Assembly: GCA_964434935.1 (NCBI GenBank)
Contig: CAYSWS010000002.1
Location: forward strand, 8,320 to 72,319
Source of the DNA: an uncultured Candidatus Saccharibacteria bacterium
GTDB taxonomy: Bacteria > Patescibacteriota > WWE3 > UBA101185 > UBA10185
Reading direction: 5' to 3'
Length of the DNA: 64,000 nucleotides
Shown: positions 20,042 to 29,632 of the stretch, piece by piece
Layout of the letters: every line of letters starts with the position of its first letter
Numbering within the stretch: the first letter of the stretch is position 1
The notes under the pieces: generated by a model
What the model saw: only the letters and a program-made list of their open reading frames with translations
What the model was told of the DNA's origin: nothing
Database searches by the model: none
Made by a program: the position numbers and the translations under genes

Positions 20042-20728
20042 TTACCTTAAAACATAAGCGGCATAATCTTTACCTAAAGGAGTTTCCACGGCGGCTGTTT
20101 GTTCGTCAGAAAGTTCTTCAAAATATTTTCTAAAGCCTCTTATGGAATTACCATGGCAGGAAATAGCCACGTTCACTCCTGTTTGCTTTACTAAAGGCAC
20201 GATCTCATCGCAAAAATCTTTGACCCGGGTGCAGACCATGGCTAGGTTCTCGCCGCCGGGAGGAATGACATTATAATCTCTTCTAAAAGCATGCAGCAGT
20301 TCCTTGTTCCACAAATAAAGTTCCAATTTACTGTACCCTTCCAGCACACCGTATCCTCTTTCTTTGATACGTGGATCCTTGACGATCTCCAGAGACTTGG
20401 CTGTTTGATTTTGCGACATGACGATCTCCATAGTTTTTATAGCTCTTTTTAGATCAGAAGAAATAAGCATGCCGATCTTCTTATCCTTTAATTTAGGTGT
20501 CAGTTCCTCAGCCTGTTCTCTTCCTTTTTCAGTAATATCGCAGTCTCGCCAACCGCTGAAGATAAAATTAGCATTATCTTCCGATTGCCCATGCCTGAAA
20601 ATATACATGACCGGATATTTTGTTGATTCTTCTTTAGGTAGGGGATCGACCTTTTTGTAAGTAAGAAGTTCAACAGCTCTGTCCACTTCTTCTTGGGAAT
20701 ATCTTTGGTAGAAGGCAGTAAGGTCCAT
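20042..20728 (-). CDS. gpmA: Histidine phosphatase family, 2,3-BPG-dependent phosphoglycerate mutase-like
   Basis: RHGQS, FSGW, ERGYG.LEG, HGNS; adjacent to eno. Confidence 0.75.
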   Translation of the reverse strand: MDLTAFYQRYSQEEVDRAVELLTYKKVDPLPKEESTKYPVMYIFRHGQSEDNANFIFSGWRDCDITEKGREQAEELTPKLKDKKIGMLISSDLKRAIKTMEIVMSQNQTAKSLEIVKDPRIKERGYGVLEGYSKLELYLWNKELLHAFRRDYNVIPPGGENLAMVCTRVKDFCDEIVPLVKQTGVNVAISCHGNSIRGFRKYFEELSDEQTAAVETPLGKDYAAYVLR

Positions 20729-20773
20729 GTATAAATATTAGCACATGAATTAATTTATGATATCATCACCTTT

Positions 20774-21448
20774 GTGAACCAAATAGTCGATGCCTTTTTA
20801 AATCATGATCTCATGAGATTCATACAGCTTATAGGGCTGGTGGGTGTATTTACGGTCGTCTTTTCCGAATCAGGTCTCTTGATCGGATTTTTCTTACCCG
20901 GCGACAGCCTGCTTTTCACAGCCGGTCTTCTGGCTTCTCCGGGATTTCATTTGTTTAGCATCTGGACATTAGCCATTGGTGCTAATATAGCCGCTGTGTT
21001 GGGCGACAATGTAGGATACGAATTCGGCAAGAGAGTAGGCAGGAAGTTGTTTAGGAAGGAAGAGTCCCTGTTATTCAAACCGAAAAATGTCATCAAGGCC
21101 CAGGAATTCTACGAAAAGCACGGTGGTAAGGCTATAGTCATCGCCAGATTCATGCCTATTGTGAGAACTTTCGTACCGGTGGTGGCGGGCATAGGCAAGA
21201 TGGACCATAAACGTTTTACTTTTTTTAATTTTTTAGGCGGGACCATGTGGACGTGGGGCATGAGTTGGTTGGGTTACTATTTGGGTAGCATAATACCTGA
21301 TGTTGATAAATATCTCTTACCTATTGTACTGGTGATCATTATTATTTCCGTGTTGCCTCCCATTTGGCATGTTTATAAGGAAAATAAGGAATCCTGGCAC
21401 GAAAAACTAAGGGAAAAGGTCAGGAATAAGATAAAATATGGTGCTTAA
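20774..21448 (+). CDS. DedA/VTT family membrane protein
   Basis: ESGLLIGFFLPGDSLLF, GD.VGY, ARFMPIVRTF. Confidence 0.93.
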   Translation: MNQIVDAFLNHDLMRFIQLIGLVGVFTVVFSESGLLIGFFLPGDSLLFTAGLLASPGFHLFSIWTLAIGANIAAVLGDNVGYEFGKRVGRKLFRKEESLLFKPKNVIKAQEFYEKHGGKAIVIARFMPIVRTFVPVVAGIGKMDHKRFTFFNFLGGTMWTWGMSWLGYYLGSIIPDVDKYLLPIVLVIIIISVLPPIWHVYKENKESWHEKLREKVRNKIKYGA

Positions 21449-22074
21449 TCGTACCTTCTGATAATACCCGTCACCTTACCCTGGACTTGCACTTCGCTGG
21501 CTTTGACTATGATGGGATCCATGTTCTGGTTGGCCGGCTGCAATCTTATCTTGCCGTTTTCCTCACGGTAGAACTTTTTCAAGGTAGCAAAGCCGTTATC
21601 CAATAAGGCCACCACTATATCACCGTTGTTAGCTGTGTCCTGGTGCTGAATGACCACATTATCGCCGTCAAAAATACCCTCATCGATCATCGAATCTCCT
21701 CTAACTTGCAGCACGTAGCACCTTTTTGTCTTGGAAACCAGGTCCGAAGACACCAAGACAGTATTTATGGGATTCTCAATAGCCTCAATAGGTTCGCCAG
21801 CGGCTATGTAGCCCACTACAGGCAGTTCTATGGCGTTCATGGATGTGCTGAAGGCATCGTCTATCACCTCAATGCCTCTGACAGCTCCCTCATACCTTTT
21901 TATAACACCTTTTTTACTGAGAGCCTGTAAATGTTCATGTACGGTAGCCAAAGAAGAAAGACTCATGGCATCGGCTATCTCCTGTAATGTGGGTGAGGTG
22001 CCGTTTAGCTGAATATACTGGGAAATATAATCTAGGATCTGTCTTTGTCTTTTATATAGTGTAATTGGGCTCAT
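21445..22074 (-). CDS. lexA: SOS repressor LexA
   Basis: PTLQEI HTH, IAAG cleavage site, GDSM (Ser), TLKK (Lys). Confidence 0.96.
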   Translation of the reverse strand: MSPITLYKRQRQILDYISQYIQLNGTSPTLQEIADAMSLSSLATVHEHLQALSKKGVIKRYEGAVRGIEVIDDAFSTSMNAIELPVVGYIAAGEPIEAIENPINTVLVSSDLVSKTKRCYVLQVRGDSMIDEGIFDGDNVVIQHQDTANNGDIVVALLDNGFATLKKFYREENGKIRLQPANQNMDPIIVKASEVQVQGKVTGIIRRYD

Positions 22075-22117
22075 GTGGTGCCTTTCGTAAAAACTTTGTA
22101 TTTTCTTTGGTAATTAT

Positions 22118-22147
22118 ATGCTACCGAACAAACACCAAACATGTCAA
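22118..22147 (-). promoter_or_regulatory. lexA promoter with candidate LexA operator in the spacer
   Basis: TTGACA-N18-TAGCAT on the minus strand; spacer contains CCGAAC-N5-CCAAAC. Confidence 0.6.
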
Positions 22148-22190
22148 CAACTTTCCATAGAAAACCCAAACATTGTGCTAAAATCTTTTT

Positions 22191-24269
22191 ATGTTCAAAT
22201 TGCAGGCAGACTTTGTGCCTACGGGCGATCAGCCCCAGGCTATAGACTTTCTCAAGCATAATCTGGAGCAGGGAGCGCGTCATCAGGTGTTGCTGGGGGT
22301 CACCGGCAGCGGCAAGACCTTTACCATGGCCAATGTCATCCAGGAAGTACAAAAGCCAACCTTAGTTCTATCTCACAACAAAACTCTGGCTGCCCAGCTC
22401 TATCAGGAGTTCAAAGAGTTTTTCCCCCATAACGCCGTCGAATATTTTGTGAGCTACTATGATTATTATCAGCCGGAGAGTTATTTGCCGGCCACCGATA
22501 CCTATATTGAAAAGGATGCTGACATCAATGAACGCATTGATAGGCTGCGCTTGGCGGCTACCACATCTCTCATGACGCGGCAGGATGTGATCGTGGTGAG
22601 TTCTGTGTCCTGTATTTATAACCTTGGTTCGCCGGCTGAGTATTCCAAATTTGCTGTAGAGCTCAGAAAAGGCATGAAGATAAGGTTGCAGGATCTTCTC
22701 AAAAGACTCAATCAGATCTTTTATGAACGATCGGAATTTGATTTTAAAAGGGGAACTTACAGAGTCAGGGGTAATATTGTCGATGTCTATCCTGCCTATG
22801 TTGATTACGCTCTCAGGCTGGAAATATTTGATGATAATCTGATCGATATAGATTATTTTGACCCTCTTACAGGAACAAGTGTGGGGTTTGAGGATCTACC
22901 GCAAACAAGACGTGGCAGTTACATAAAAGCTCTCACTCAGAACGAGCTGCAGCACCTGAGAGATATGTTAAGAAGCCACAGTCCTATAAGCATCTTTCCC
23001 GCCAAGCACTATATTACGGCTGAAGAAAAAAGAGAAGGTGCTCTGCAGCAGATACGTCACGATCTGGACTTTAGGGTCAAAGAGCTGGAATCAGCGGGAA
23101 AGAACATTGAAGCCTATCGATTAAAACAGCGCACTAATTACGATCTGGAAATGATGCAGGAAATAGGTTATTGCAAAGGTATAGAGAATTATTCCAGATA
23201 TTTTGATGGTAGAAAACCGGGCGAACCTCCGTATACACTAATGGATTTTTTCCCTGATGATTATTTGCTGGTGATCGATGAGTCTCACATCACGGTCCCC
23301 CAGGTCAGAGGCATGTACAATGGCGACAGGTCCCGCAAGGAGAATCTTATCAACTATGGTTTTAGGCTGCCCTCAGCATTGGATAATCGCCCCCTGAACT
23401 TTGAGGAATTCTTAAGAAAGATCAATCAGGCGGTTTATATAAGCGCTACGCCTGCAGAGTGGGAGCTAAGCATGTCCCAGGGTTTGGTAGCTGAACAGCT
23501 TATCAGGCCCACCGGCATTGTGGATCCACGAGTAACCATTTTGCCCTCCGAAAATCAGATCGAAGACCTGTTGCAAAGGATCCAGCAGCGGGTCAAGGAC
23601 AGGCAAAGGGTGCTGGTGACAACCTTGACCAAGAGAATGGCGGAAGAGCTCTCCACTTATCTCAAGGAAAAAGGCATAAACGTCACTTATCTACATTCGG
23701 ACATAGATACTTTGGAAAGGACCGACATTTTGGACGATCTGAGAAAAGGTAATTATGATGTTCTGGTTGGCATCAATCTCTTAAGAGAAGGTTTAGATTT
23801 ACCGGAAGTGTCTCTAGTGGCCATCCTCGATGCCGATAAAGAGGGCTTTTTAAGATCGGACACCTCTTTGGTGCAGACCATGGGCAGAGCAGCCAGGCAT
23901 ATATTAGGAGAAGTGGTCATGTATGCCGATAAGGTCACCGGTAGCATGGAGAGAGCTATTAACGAAGTCGACAGGCGTCGTGAGATACAGGTAGCTTACA
24001 ATAAGGAACATGACGTGACCCCGGTGCAGATCGAAAAACCCTTCCGAGACAAGCTCATAGACGAGGTCATCGAAGAACAGATCACTAAAAAAGACCATGA
24101 CCGAGATACGGAGATCGATTATATGCAGTTGCCGCCACGGGAATTGAAAGCCGAGATCAAGAAAATGGAAAAGCTTATGAAGTTCGAAGCCGAAATGTTG
24201 AATTTTGAAGCTGCGGCTGAGCTTAGAGATAAAATAATTAGGATCAAGAAAAACTCCAATATTGACTAG
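22191..24269 (+). CDS. uvrB: Excinuclease ABC subunit B
   Basis: GVTGSGKT, YYDYYQPE, DESH, GINLLREGLDLPEV, GRAAR, C-terminal UVR. Confidence 0.98.
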   Translation: MFKLQADFVPTGDQPQAIDFLKHNLEQGARHQVLLGVTGSGKTFTMANVIQEVQKPTLVLSHNKTLAAQLYQEFKEFFPHNAVEYFVSYYDYYQPESYLPATDTYIEKDADINERIDRLRLAATTSLMTRQDVIVVSSVSCIYNLGSPAEYSKFAVELRKGMKIRLQDLLKRLNQIFYERSEFDFKRGTYRVRGNIVDVYPAYVDYALRLEIFDDNLIDIDYFDPLTGTSVGFEDLPQTRRGSYIKALTQNELQHLRDMLRSHSPISIFPAKHYITAEEKREGALQQIRHDLDFRVKELESAGKNIEAYRLKQRTNYDLEMMQEIGYCKGIENYSRYFDGRKPGEPPYTLMDFFPDDYLLVIDESHITVPQVRGMYNGDRSRKENLINYGFRLPSALDNRPLNFEEFLRKINQAVYISATPAEWELSMSQGLVAEQLIRPTGIVDPRVTILPSENQIEDLLQRIQQRVKDRQRVLVTTLTKRMAEELSTYLKEKGINVTYLHSDIDTLERTDILDDLRKGNYDVLVGINLLREGLDLPEVSLVAILDADKEGFLRSDTSLVQTMGRAARHILGEVVMYADKVTGSMERAINEVDRRREIQVAYNKEHDVTPVQIEKPFRDKLIDEVIEEQITKKDHDRDTEIDYMQLPPRELKAEIKKMEKLMKFEAEMLNFEAAAELRDKIIRIKKNSNID

Positions 24270-24314
24270 TCTTATTTTGGTTTGTACAATCAATAAAACT
24301 TAGCTGTCTCAATT

Positions 24315-26579
24315 ATGACAAATAAATATCTACGAAATGCTTCCGGACTATTAAAACATATCAAAAATATCCTTATTTTGATCGGGCAAGTTCTCATTTC
24401 CCTTTTTGATGAAATTATCATTTTAATTGGGAGACTGAGAAACAAAGCTAAAGAGATAAAAAAACAGCAGGACTTCTCATCACTAAAAAAAATATTGGAC
24501 AAAATGACTGCCCTAAAAGCCCCAACTTTAAGCGTAAGAAAAAAAGTAAAAAAGAACTGGGTTCCCGGTTATAAGGAGGTAGAGTATAAACCCAGGAAAA
24601 CGACACTCAGGATCTTGGTCAGAAGATTTTTGATCTTCTTTTCCGGTGTTTTGTTCGCTGTAATATTTTTGCTCATCCCTTCACATGTTCTGGTCTGGCT
24701 CCACGATCTGCCCAATCCTGACCTTTTAGTTACTCGGCAAATACCCACACCTACCAGGATATTGGATAGGAATGGCAGATTACTTTACGAGATCTTCATC
24801 GAAAAAAGATACGAGCCCGTAAAAATTAAGCAAATACCTCAGCATATGATCGATGCCACTATTGCTGTAGAGGATGCCCAGTTTTACACCCACGCGGGCT
24901 TTGAGCCTAAGAGCATGCTTAGGGCAGCCAAGTCAACCTTTGTCGATAATAACCTGCAAGGAGGTTCCACTATAACTCAGCAGTTGATAAAAAATGTTTT
25001 ACTTTCTCCGGAGAGAACGATTTCCAGGAAATTGAAGGAACTGGTCCTATCCGTTGCCGCTGAGGCTAGGTATTCTAAGGCACAGATCTTGGAACTGTAC
25101 TTGAACAATATATCCTACGGAGGATCCGCTTGGGGGATCCAATCAGCGGCGCAAAAGTTCTTTGCTAAAAATGTTTGGGAATTAGACCTGGCCGAAGCTG
25201 CTTTACTGGCAGGTTTGCCAACAGCGCCAACCACTTATTCTCCCCTGACGGGAAATTTCGAGGTGGCCAAGCAAAGACAAAAGTATGTATTGGATCGGAT
25301 GAAGGACCTGGGTTATATCACCAAGCAGGAAGCTGAGGATGCTTATGCGGAGGAGTTGATCTTCGCTCCACAGACAGAATATATACGAGCACCGCACTTT
25401 GTGGCCTATGTACGCAAAGATCTGGAGGAAAGGTTCGGCAAGAATTTTGTTGATCTGGGCGGACTGACCGTGACCACTACTTTAGATCTGGACCTGCAGG
25501 AAGAAGTGCAGCGCATAGTTAAGGAGGAGGTGGAAAAGAACGCCCGGCTTAAGATCTCCAATGGAGCTGCCGTGGTCCTGGATTCGAAAACCGGGGAAAT
25601 TCTGGCTTATGTTGGCTCTATAGATTATTTTAAAGAAAATTGGGGAGCTTTTGATGTCATAACTTCCTACCGTCAACCGGGGTCTTCCATAAAACCTGTG
25701 ACCTACGCCTTGGCCCTGGAGAACGGATACACGGCCGCTTCTATTTTAAAAGATGAGCCGGTTAGTTATAAAATTAAAGGTCAGCCTGATTACACTCCCA
25801 GAAATTATGATGGAAAATACCACGGTAACGTGACTGTGAGACAAGCTTTGTCTAACTCCTATAATATACCGGCCGTGAGGTTAGCCAAAGCTTTAGGCCC
25901 GGACAATATTGTGGCTTTCGGGAAGAGGTTCGGATTGACTAATTGGGAAGTTGACGGTTCGTATGGCCTTTCGGTCACACTGGGCGGTAAGGAAGTAAGA
26001 TTATTGGATCACACAAATCTTTATGCCGCGCTAGCCAGGCAGGGGAACTATTTAGAGCCAACTCCATATCTTTCTATTGTGGACGGCATGGGGTTTGATG
26101 TTTATAAGGATGAGAGGCAGCCCCAAAAAGTAATTAATGAAGGCACAGCCTATATTTTGTGGAGCATTTTATCGGATAGCGTTTCCAGGCTACCGGCCTT
26201 TGGTCCTAATAACTATTTGGACATTCCCGGTAAGACGGTAGCTGTAAAAACAGGCACCACGGATCAGATCAAGGATAATTTTACTTTGGGATTCACGCCA
26301 AGTTATACGACAGGTGTTTGGGTAGGCAACAATGACGGTACACCTCTGGATAGAAGCCTGGCCTCAGGCTTGAGTGGCGCAGCCCCCATGTGGAACAGGA
26401 TCATGACTTTGGTGCTGAAAGATAAAGGAGATGAAAAAATGGTAATGCCGTCAAATGTTTTTATGAAATATGACGAAAGCTGTAAGAAAAGCGAGGTTTT
26501 CATTAAAGGTTCCAAAGTACCGGACCATTTGTGTGCCGTAAAAGATGATAAAAAGGACAAAAATGGTGAAAATAATTAA
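24315..26579 (+). CDS. Class A penicillin-binding protein (PBP1A family)
   Basis: EDAQFY.H, GGSTITQQL, RKLKE; SxxK (SSIK), SYN, KTG. Confidence 0.93.
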   Translation: MTNKYLRNASGLLKHIKNILILIGQVLISLFDEIIILIGRLRNKAKEIKKQQDFSSLKKILDKMTALKAPTLSVRKKVKKNWVPGYKEVEYKPRKTTLRILVRRFLIFFSGVLFAVIFLLIPSHVLVWLHDLPNPDLLVTRQIPTPTRILDRNGRLLYEIFIEKRYEPVKIKQIPQHMIDATIAVEDAQFYTHAGFEPKSMLRAAKSTFVDNNLQGGSTITQQLIKNVLLSPERTISRKLKELVLSVAAEARYSKAQILELYLNNISYGGSAWGIQSAAQKFFAKNVWELDLAEAALLAGLPTAPTTYSPLTGNFEVAKQRQKYVLDRMKDLGYITKQEAEDAYAEELIFAPQTEYIRAPHFVAYVRKDLEERFGKNFVDLGGLTVTTTLDLDLQEEVQRIVKEEVEKNARLKISNGAAVVLDSKTGEILAYVGSIDYFKENWGAFDVITSYRQPGSSIKPVTYALALENGYTAASILKDEPVSYKIKGQPDYTPRNYDGKYHGNVTVRQALSNSYNIPAVRLAKALGPDNIVAFGKRFGLTNWEVDGSYGLSVTLGGKEVRLLDHTNLYAALARQGNYLEPTPYLSIVDGMGFDVYKDERQPQKVINEGTAYILWSILSDSVSRLPAFGPNNYLDIPGKTVAVKTGTTDQIKDNFTLGFTPSYTTGVWVGNNDGTPLDRSLASGLSGAAPMWNRIMTLVLKDKGDEKMVMPSNVFMKYDESCKKSEVFIKGSKVPDHLCAVKDDKKDKNGENN

Positions 26580-26638
26580 AAAGCTGATAATTTAAGTTCT
26601 TCACAAACCCAAAGAAATACCGTAGAATTTTCTATGTT

Positions 26639-29632
26639 ATGGACAAGCCTTCAGCCTTGACACACATCGTTATAAAGGGTGCCAGACAACATAATTTAAA
26701 AAATATAGATCTTAGTATCCCTAAAAATAAGTTCATTGTCTTTACCGGAGTCTCAGGCTCAGGAAAATCGTCACTGGCTATGGACACTATATATGCGGAC
26801 GGGCAAAGAAGATATGTGGAAAGCCTTTCCGCCTATGCCAGGCAATTTTTAGGCATTATGGACAAACCGGATGTTGATTCTGTGGAGGGACTGGCCCCGG
26901 CCATTGCCATAGATCAAAAGACTACTTCCAGGAATCCACGCTCTACCGTAGGTACAGTCACGGAGGTATACGACTATTTGAGGTTGCTGTTTGCCCGAGT
27001 CGGACATCCGCATTGCCCGGAGTGCGGAAGAGAGATCCAAAGACAGTCAGCGCAGGAGATCACGGAGCAAATAGTTTCCACTCTGGAGATGAGCGAAGAT
27101 TTCAATACAGCTAAAGGAGTGAGATACTTTATTCTTTCTCCGATCATTAAAGACAGAAAAGGGGAGTACAGCAGTTTGTTCGAAAATCTGAGAAAACAAG
27201 GCCTGGTCAGAGCCAGGATAGATGGTGCGATCAGGGATCTCAGAGAAAGTCTGACATTGATCAAGACCAACAAGCACTCCATTGAAGCGGTCATTTCTAG
27301 GGAAGTGATCAATAAAAAAAGATTATCCGAACCCAAGGCCAGGAAAGACTTTATAAGTAGCATAAATCAAATTGTGGAGACCGCCCTAAGGCTTAGTAAT
27401 GGTAACGTGCTTTTAAGTATAGTTAAAGATAAGGAATTTGATTTTCCTGTATCTCCTAAGGAATTTGACGACCATCTCTATTCGGAGAACTTTGCCTGCC
27501 CTTTTTGCAATATATCTCTGCCTGATCTGGAACCAAGAACCTTTTCCTTTAACTCACCCCACGGTGCTTGCCCGGTGTGCGACGGGCTGGGCACACAGAT
27601 GGAAATTGACGTTAACTTATTGTTCAATCCCAACCTTTCCGTCTTGGAAGGCGGTTTTTATCCCTGGACCAGAGTGTTCGAGCACAGCTCCTGGACAGCT
27701 AACATCGTCAATGCCGTGGCTGCAGAATACGGCATTCCTTTGAATGTTCCCATTAAAGAACTTAAAAAGTCGGCCATGGACATTTTGCTATATGGCGCCC
27801 CTCAACAGAGACGTTTTTGGGTGACTTATAAAAATAGAGAGGGATTTACACATAGATACAAAGCCAGGTTCGAAGGGCTCATCCCCAACCTTATGAGAAG
27901 GTACAAGGAAACACAGTCAGATTTCATGAGACGGGAGATAGAAAAATACATGGTGCGGGACAATTGCGAGGGCTGCGGCGGCACCAGGCTTAAAAAAGCC
28001 TCATTATCGGTAACGTTGGATAAATTTAATATTGCCGAAGTGTCCGAATTCTCCATTAGAAAGATACAGGCCTGGCTGGATGATCTGGAAAATAAGTTGA
28101 CCAGCCGGGAGAAGCAAATTGCTGAGGCTCTGCTTAAAGAGATAGATTACCGTCTGCAATTTTTGATAGATGTGGGGATAGGTTACTTGACCCTGTCCAG
28201 GACCTCATCTCAGTTGTCGGGTGGAGAAGCGCAGAGGATCAGATTGGCATCACAAATAGGTTCAGGTCTGTCCGGTGTGCTCTATGTGCTGGATGAACCC
28301 TCCATCGGTTTGCACCAAAAAGATCAGGGTAAGTTGATAAGAACTCTTAAGCATTTGCGGGATCTGGGTAATACGGTCATTGTGGTAGAACATGATATGG
28401 AAACCATGCTGGAAGCTGATCATCTGGTTGATTTTGGGCCCGGAGCCGGCGAACATGGCGGAAAGATCGTGGCCGAAGGTACGCCTGAGGAGATCAAGCA
28501 GGCCAAAGATTCGTTAACGGGACAATATCTGTCCGGAAAAAAAGTTGTTGGGGCTAATGGCGTCAAGGAAGAGCACCAACTGCAGCAGTTGCTGGAAGAC
28601 GAATCCAACCACAAAGTTATAAAAAGGCTCTCCGGCAAGACGGTCGTGCTCAAGGGAGCCAGAGGCAGGAATTTGAAGAACATCAACTTTGAGATCCCCT
28701 TGGGAAAATTCACCTGTGTCACGGGAGTCTCCGGCAGCGGCAAGTCGACTTTGGTCATGGACACATTTCATAAAGGATTAAGGCAGCACTTTGGTCTAAA
28801 AAATGATGAGAGACCGGAAGAGTTTGATAGTTTGGAAGGTGCGGAGAATCTGGATAAGGTCATAGCCATCGATCAAAGTCCTATCGGCAGGACGCCAAAA
28901 TCAAATCCGGCTACCTACACTAAAACCTTCGATCATATCAGGGACCTTTTTGCCAAGACCGAAGAAGCCAGGATCAGAGGCTATAAACCCGGAAGATTTA
29001 GTTTTAATGTCAAGGGTGGACGATGCGAAGCCTGCCGGGGAGAAGGTCAGATCAAAATAGAAATGCAGTTCATGCCTGATGTCTACGTGAACTGCGAGGT
29101 CTGCCAGGGAAAAAGATACAACCGGGAAGCACAGGAAATATATTATAAGGGCAAGAATATCAGTGATGTGCTCAACATGACGGTGGAGGAAGCTCTGCGG
29201 TTCTTCGAAAATATACCGGCTATAAGAAGGAAGATACAAACTTTGCACGATGTCGGTTTGGGGTACATAAGACTGGGACAGCCGGCTCCTACTTTATCCG
29301 GAGGAGAAGCGCAAAGGGTTAAGTTGGCGCTGGAATTGTCCAAAAGACCTACCGGAAGCACGCTTTATATCCTTGACGAACCTACCACCGGCTTGCATTT
29401 TGCCGATCTGGAAAGACTGATCGTCATACTAAAAAGATTGTCTGCCAGGGGAAATACCGTTGTCATCATCGAACACAACCTGGATATTATTTCGAATTCC
29501 GATTACGTGGTAGACCTGGGACCCGAAGGCGGCTCTGAAGGTGGAGAGATAGTTTTTTCCGGTACCCTTTCACAACTAAGAAATAATAAGCAAAGCTACA
29601 CAGCCCAAGCCCTAAGGCAATCGAAAAAATGA
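26639..29632 (+). CDS. uvrA: Excinuclease ABC subunit A
   Basis: Two GVSGSGKS Walker A motifs, two LSGGE signatures, zinc fingers. Confidence 0.98.
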   Translation: MDKPSALTHIVIKGARQHNLKNIDLSIPKNKFIVFTGVSGSGKSSLAMDTIYADGQRRYVESLSAYARQFLGIMDKPDVDSVEGLAPAIAIDQKTTSRNPRSTVGTVTEVYDYLRLLFARVGHPHCPECGREIQRQSAQEITEQIVSTLEMSEDFNTAKGVRYFILSPIIKDRKGEYSSLFENLRKQGLVRARIDGAIRDLRESLTLIKTNKHSIEAVISREVINKKRLSEPKARKDFISSINQIVETALRLSNGNVLLSIVKDKEFDFPVSPKEFDDHLYSENFACPFCNISLPDLEPRTFSFNSPHGACPVCDGLGTQMEIDVNLLFNPNLSVLEGGFYPWTRVFEHSSWTANIVNAVAAEYGIPLNVPIKELKKSAMDILLYGAPQQRRFWVTYKNREGFTHRYKARFEGLIPNLMRRYKETQSDFMRREIEKYMVRDNCEGCGGTRLKKASLSVTLDKFNIAEVSEFSIRKIQAWLDDLENKLTSREKQIAEALLKEIDYRLQFLIDVGIGYLTLSRTSSQLSGGEAQRIRLASQIGSGLSGVLYVLDEPSIGLHQKDQGKLIRTLKHLRDLGNTVIVVEHDMETMLEADHLVDFGPGAGEHGGKIVAEGTPEEIKQAKDSLTGQYLSGKKVVGANGVKEEHQLQQLLEDESNHKVIKRLSGKTVVLKGARGRNLKNINFEIPLGKFTCVTGVSGSGKSTLVMDTFHKGLRQHFGLKNDERPEEFDSLEGAENLDKVIAIDQSPIGRTPKSNPATYTKTFDHIRDLFAKTEEARIRGYKPGRFSFNVKGGRCEACRGEGQIKIEMQFMPDVYVNCEVCQGKRYNREAQEIYYKGKNISDVLNMTVEEALRFFENIPAIRRKIQTLHDVGLGYIRLGQPAPTLSGGEAQRVKLALELSKRPTGSTLYILDEPTTGLHFADLERLIVILKRLSARGNTVVIIEHNLDIISNSDYVVDLGPEGGSEGGEIVFSGTLSQLRNNKQSYTAQALRQSKK

